Shown here: in pieces, positions 63,680-64,000 of the stretch
Position numbering within the stretch: the first letter of the stretch is position 1
Layout: each line of letters starts with the position of its first letter
Origin: Nemertoderma westbladi
Taxonomy: Eukaryota > Animalia > Xenacoelomorpha
Direction of reading: 5' to 3'
Assembly (NCBI GenBank): GCA_032718475.1
Contig: JAUCBJ010008330.1
Location: forward strand, 1,768 to 65,767
Length of the DNA stretch: 64,000 nucleotides
Notes under the pieces: generated by a model
What the model was told of the DNA's origin: nothing
Database searches by the model: none
The model's input: only the letters and a program-made list of their open reading frames with translations
Translations under genes and position numbers: made by a program

Positions 63680-64000
63680 TTCGTGGGGCCTTCGCGCAGC
63701 ACGAAGTGAGCAAAGCACTTAGCATATGGGCACCATTAACGAGTTGTCTGCCGTTAGTCAGAAGTCTTCAACACAATACTCGTCGTCCTTCTCTTGTGCC
63801 TCGTTGCGTTCGTTCGTTTTTTGCCCAAACTTCAGATTCTTTCTAAGCGTTTGACGGACTACATACATACCAAGTTTCGTTTAATTTCATCGAGGAATAT
63901 TCGAGTTATTCGCGATCAAAAATTTACGACGACAGACGACGACAGACAACTCGCCAATGGCACCCATATGCTAAGGCTTCGCTTACTTCTTGGCTCGCCC
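63680..64000 (+). mobile_element. Second Helitron/Helentron-like dispersed repeat, reaching the window edge
   Basis: Shares blocks with 33666-34445. Confidence 0.45.

Overview
AT-rich eukaryotic (probably invertebrate animal) DNA made almost entirely of nested transposable elements. It holds four members of one large BEL/Pao LTR-retrotransposon family: an LTR at the window start (A), a 3'-truncated + strand copy (B, 3576-12896), and two full-length - strand copies of about 16 kb with 5-bp TSDs (C, 15570-31959; D, 39343-55226). Also present: an intact Tc1/mariner-type element (DD38E spacing), four RTE-like LINE pieces, several MITE/foldback/Helitron-like relics, a 57-bp higher-order satellite, an intronless Vav (CH+SH2) pseudogene fragment and an intact intronless ALPK1-like alpha-kinase ORF. 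Main signal: B, C and D have no tRNA-type primer-binding site. The bases next to each 5' LTR differ between copies, yet each is complementary to a site in that copy's own LTR, which suggests Tf1-like self-priming in a BEL/Pao lineage. C and D also carry a non-env third ORF with shared ends and unrelated middles, behind a conserved 1.6-kb non-coding spacer. All comparisons were made by eye; no database search, alignment or folding program was run.
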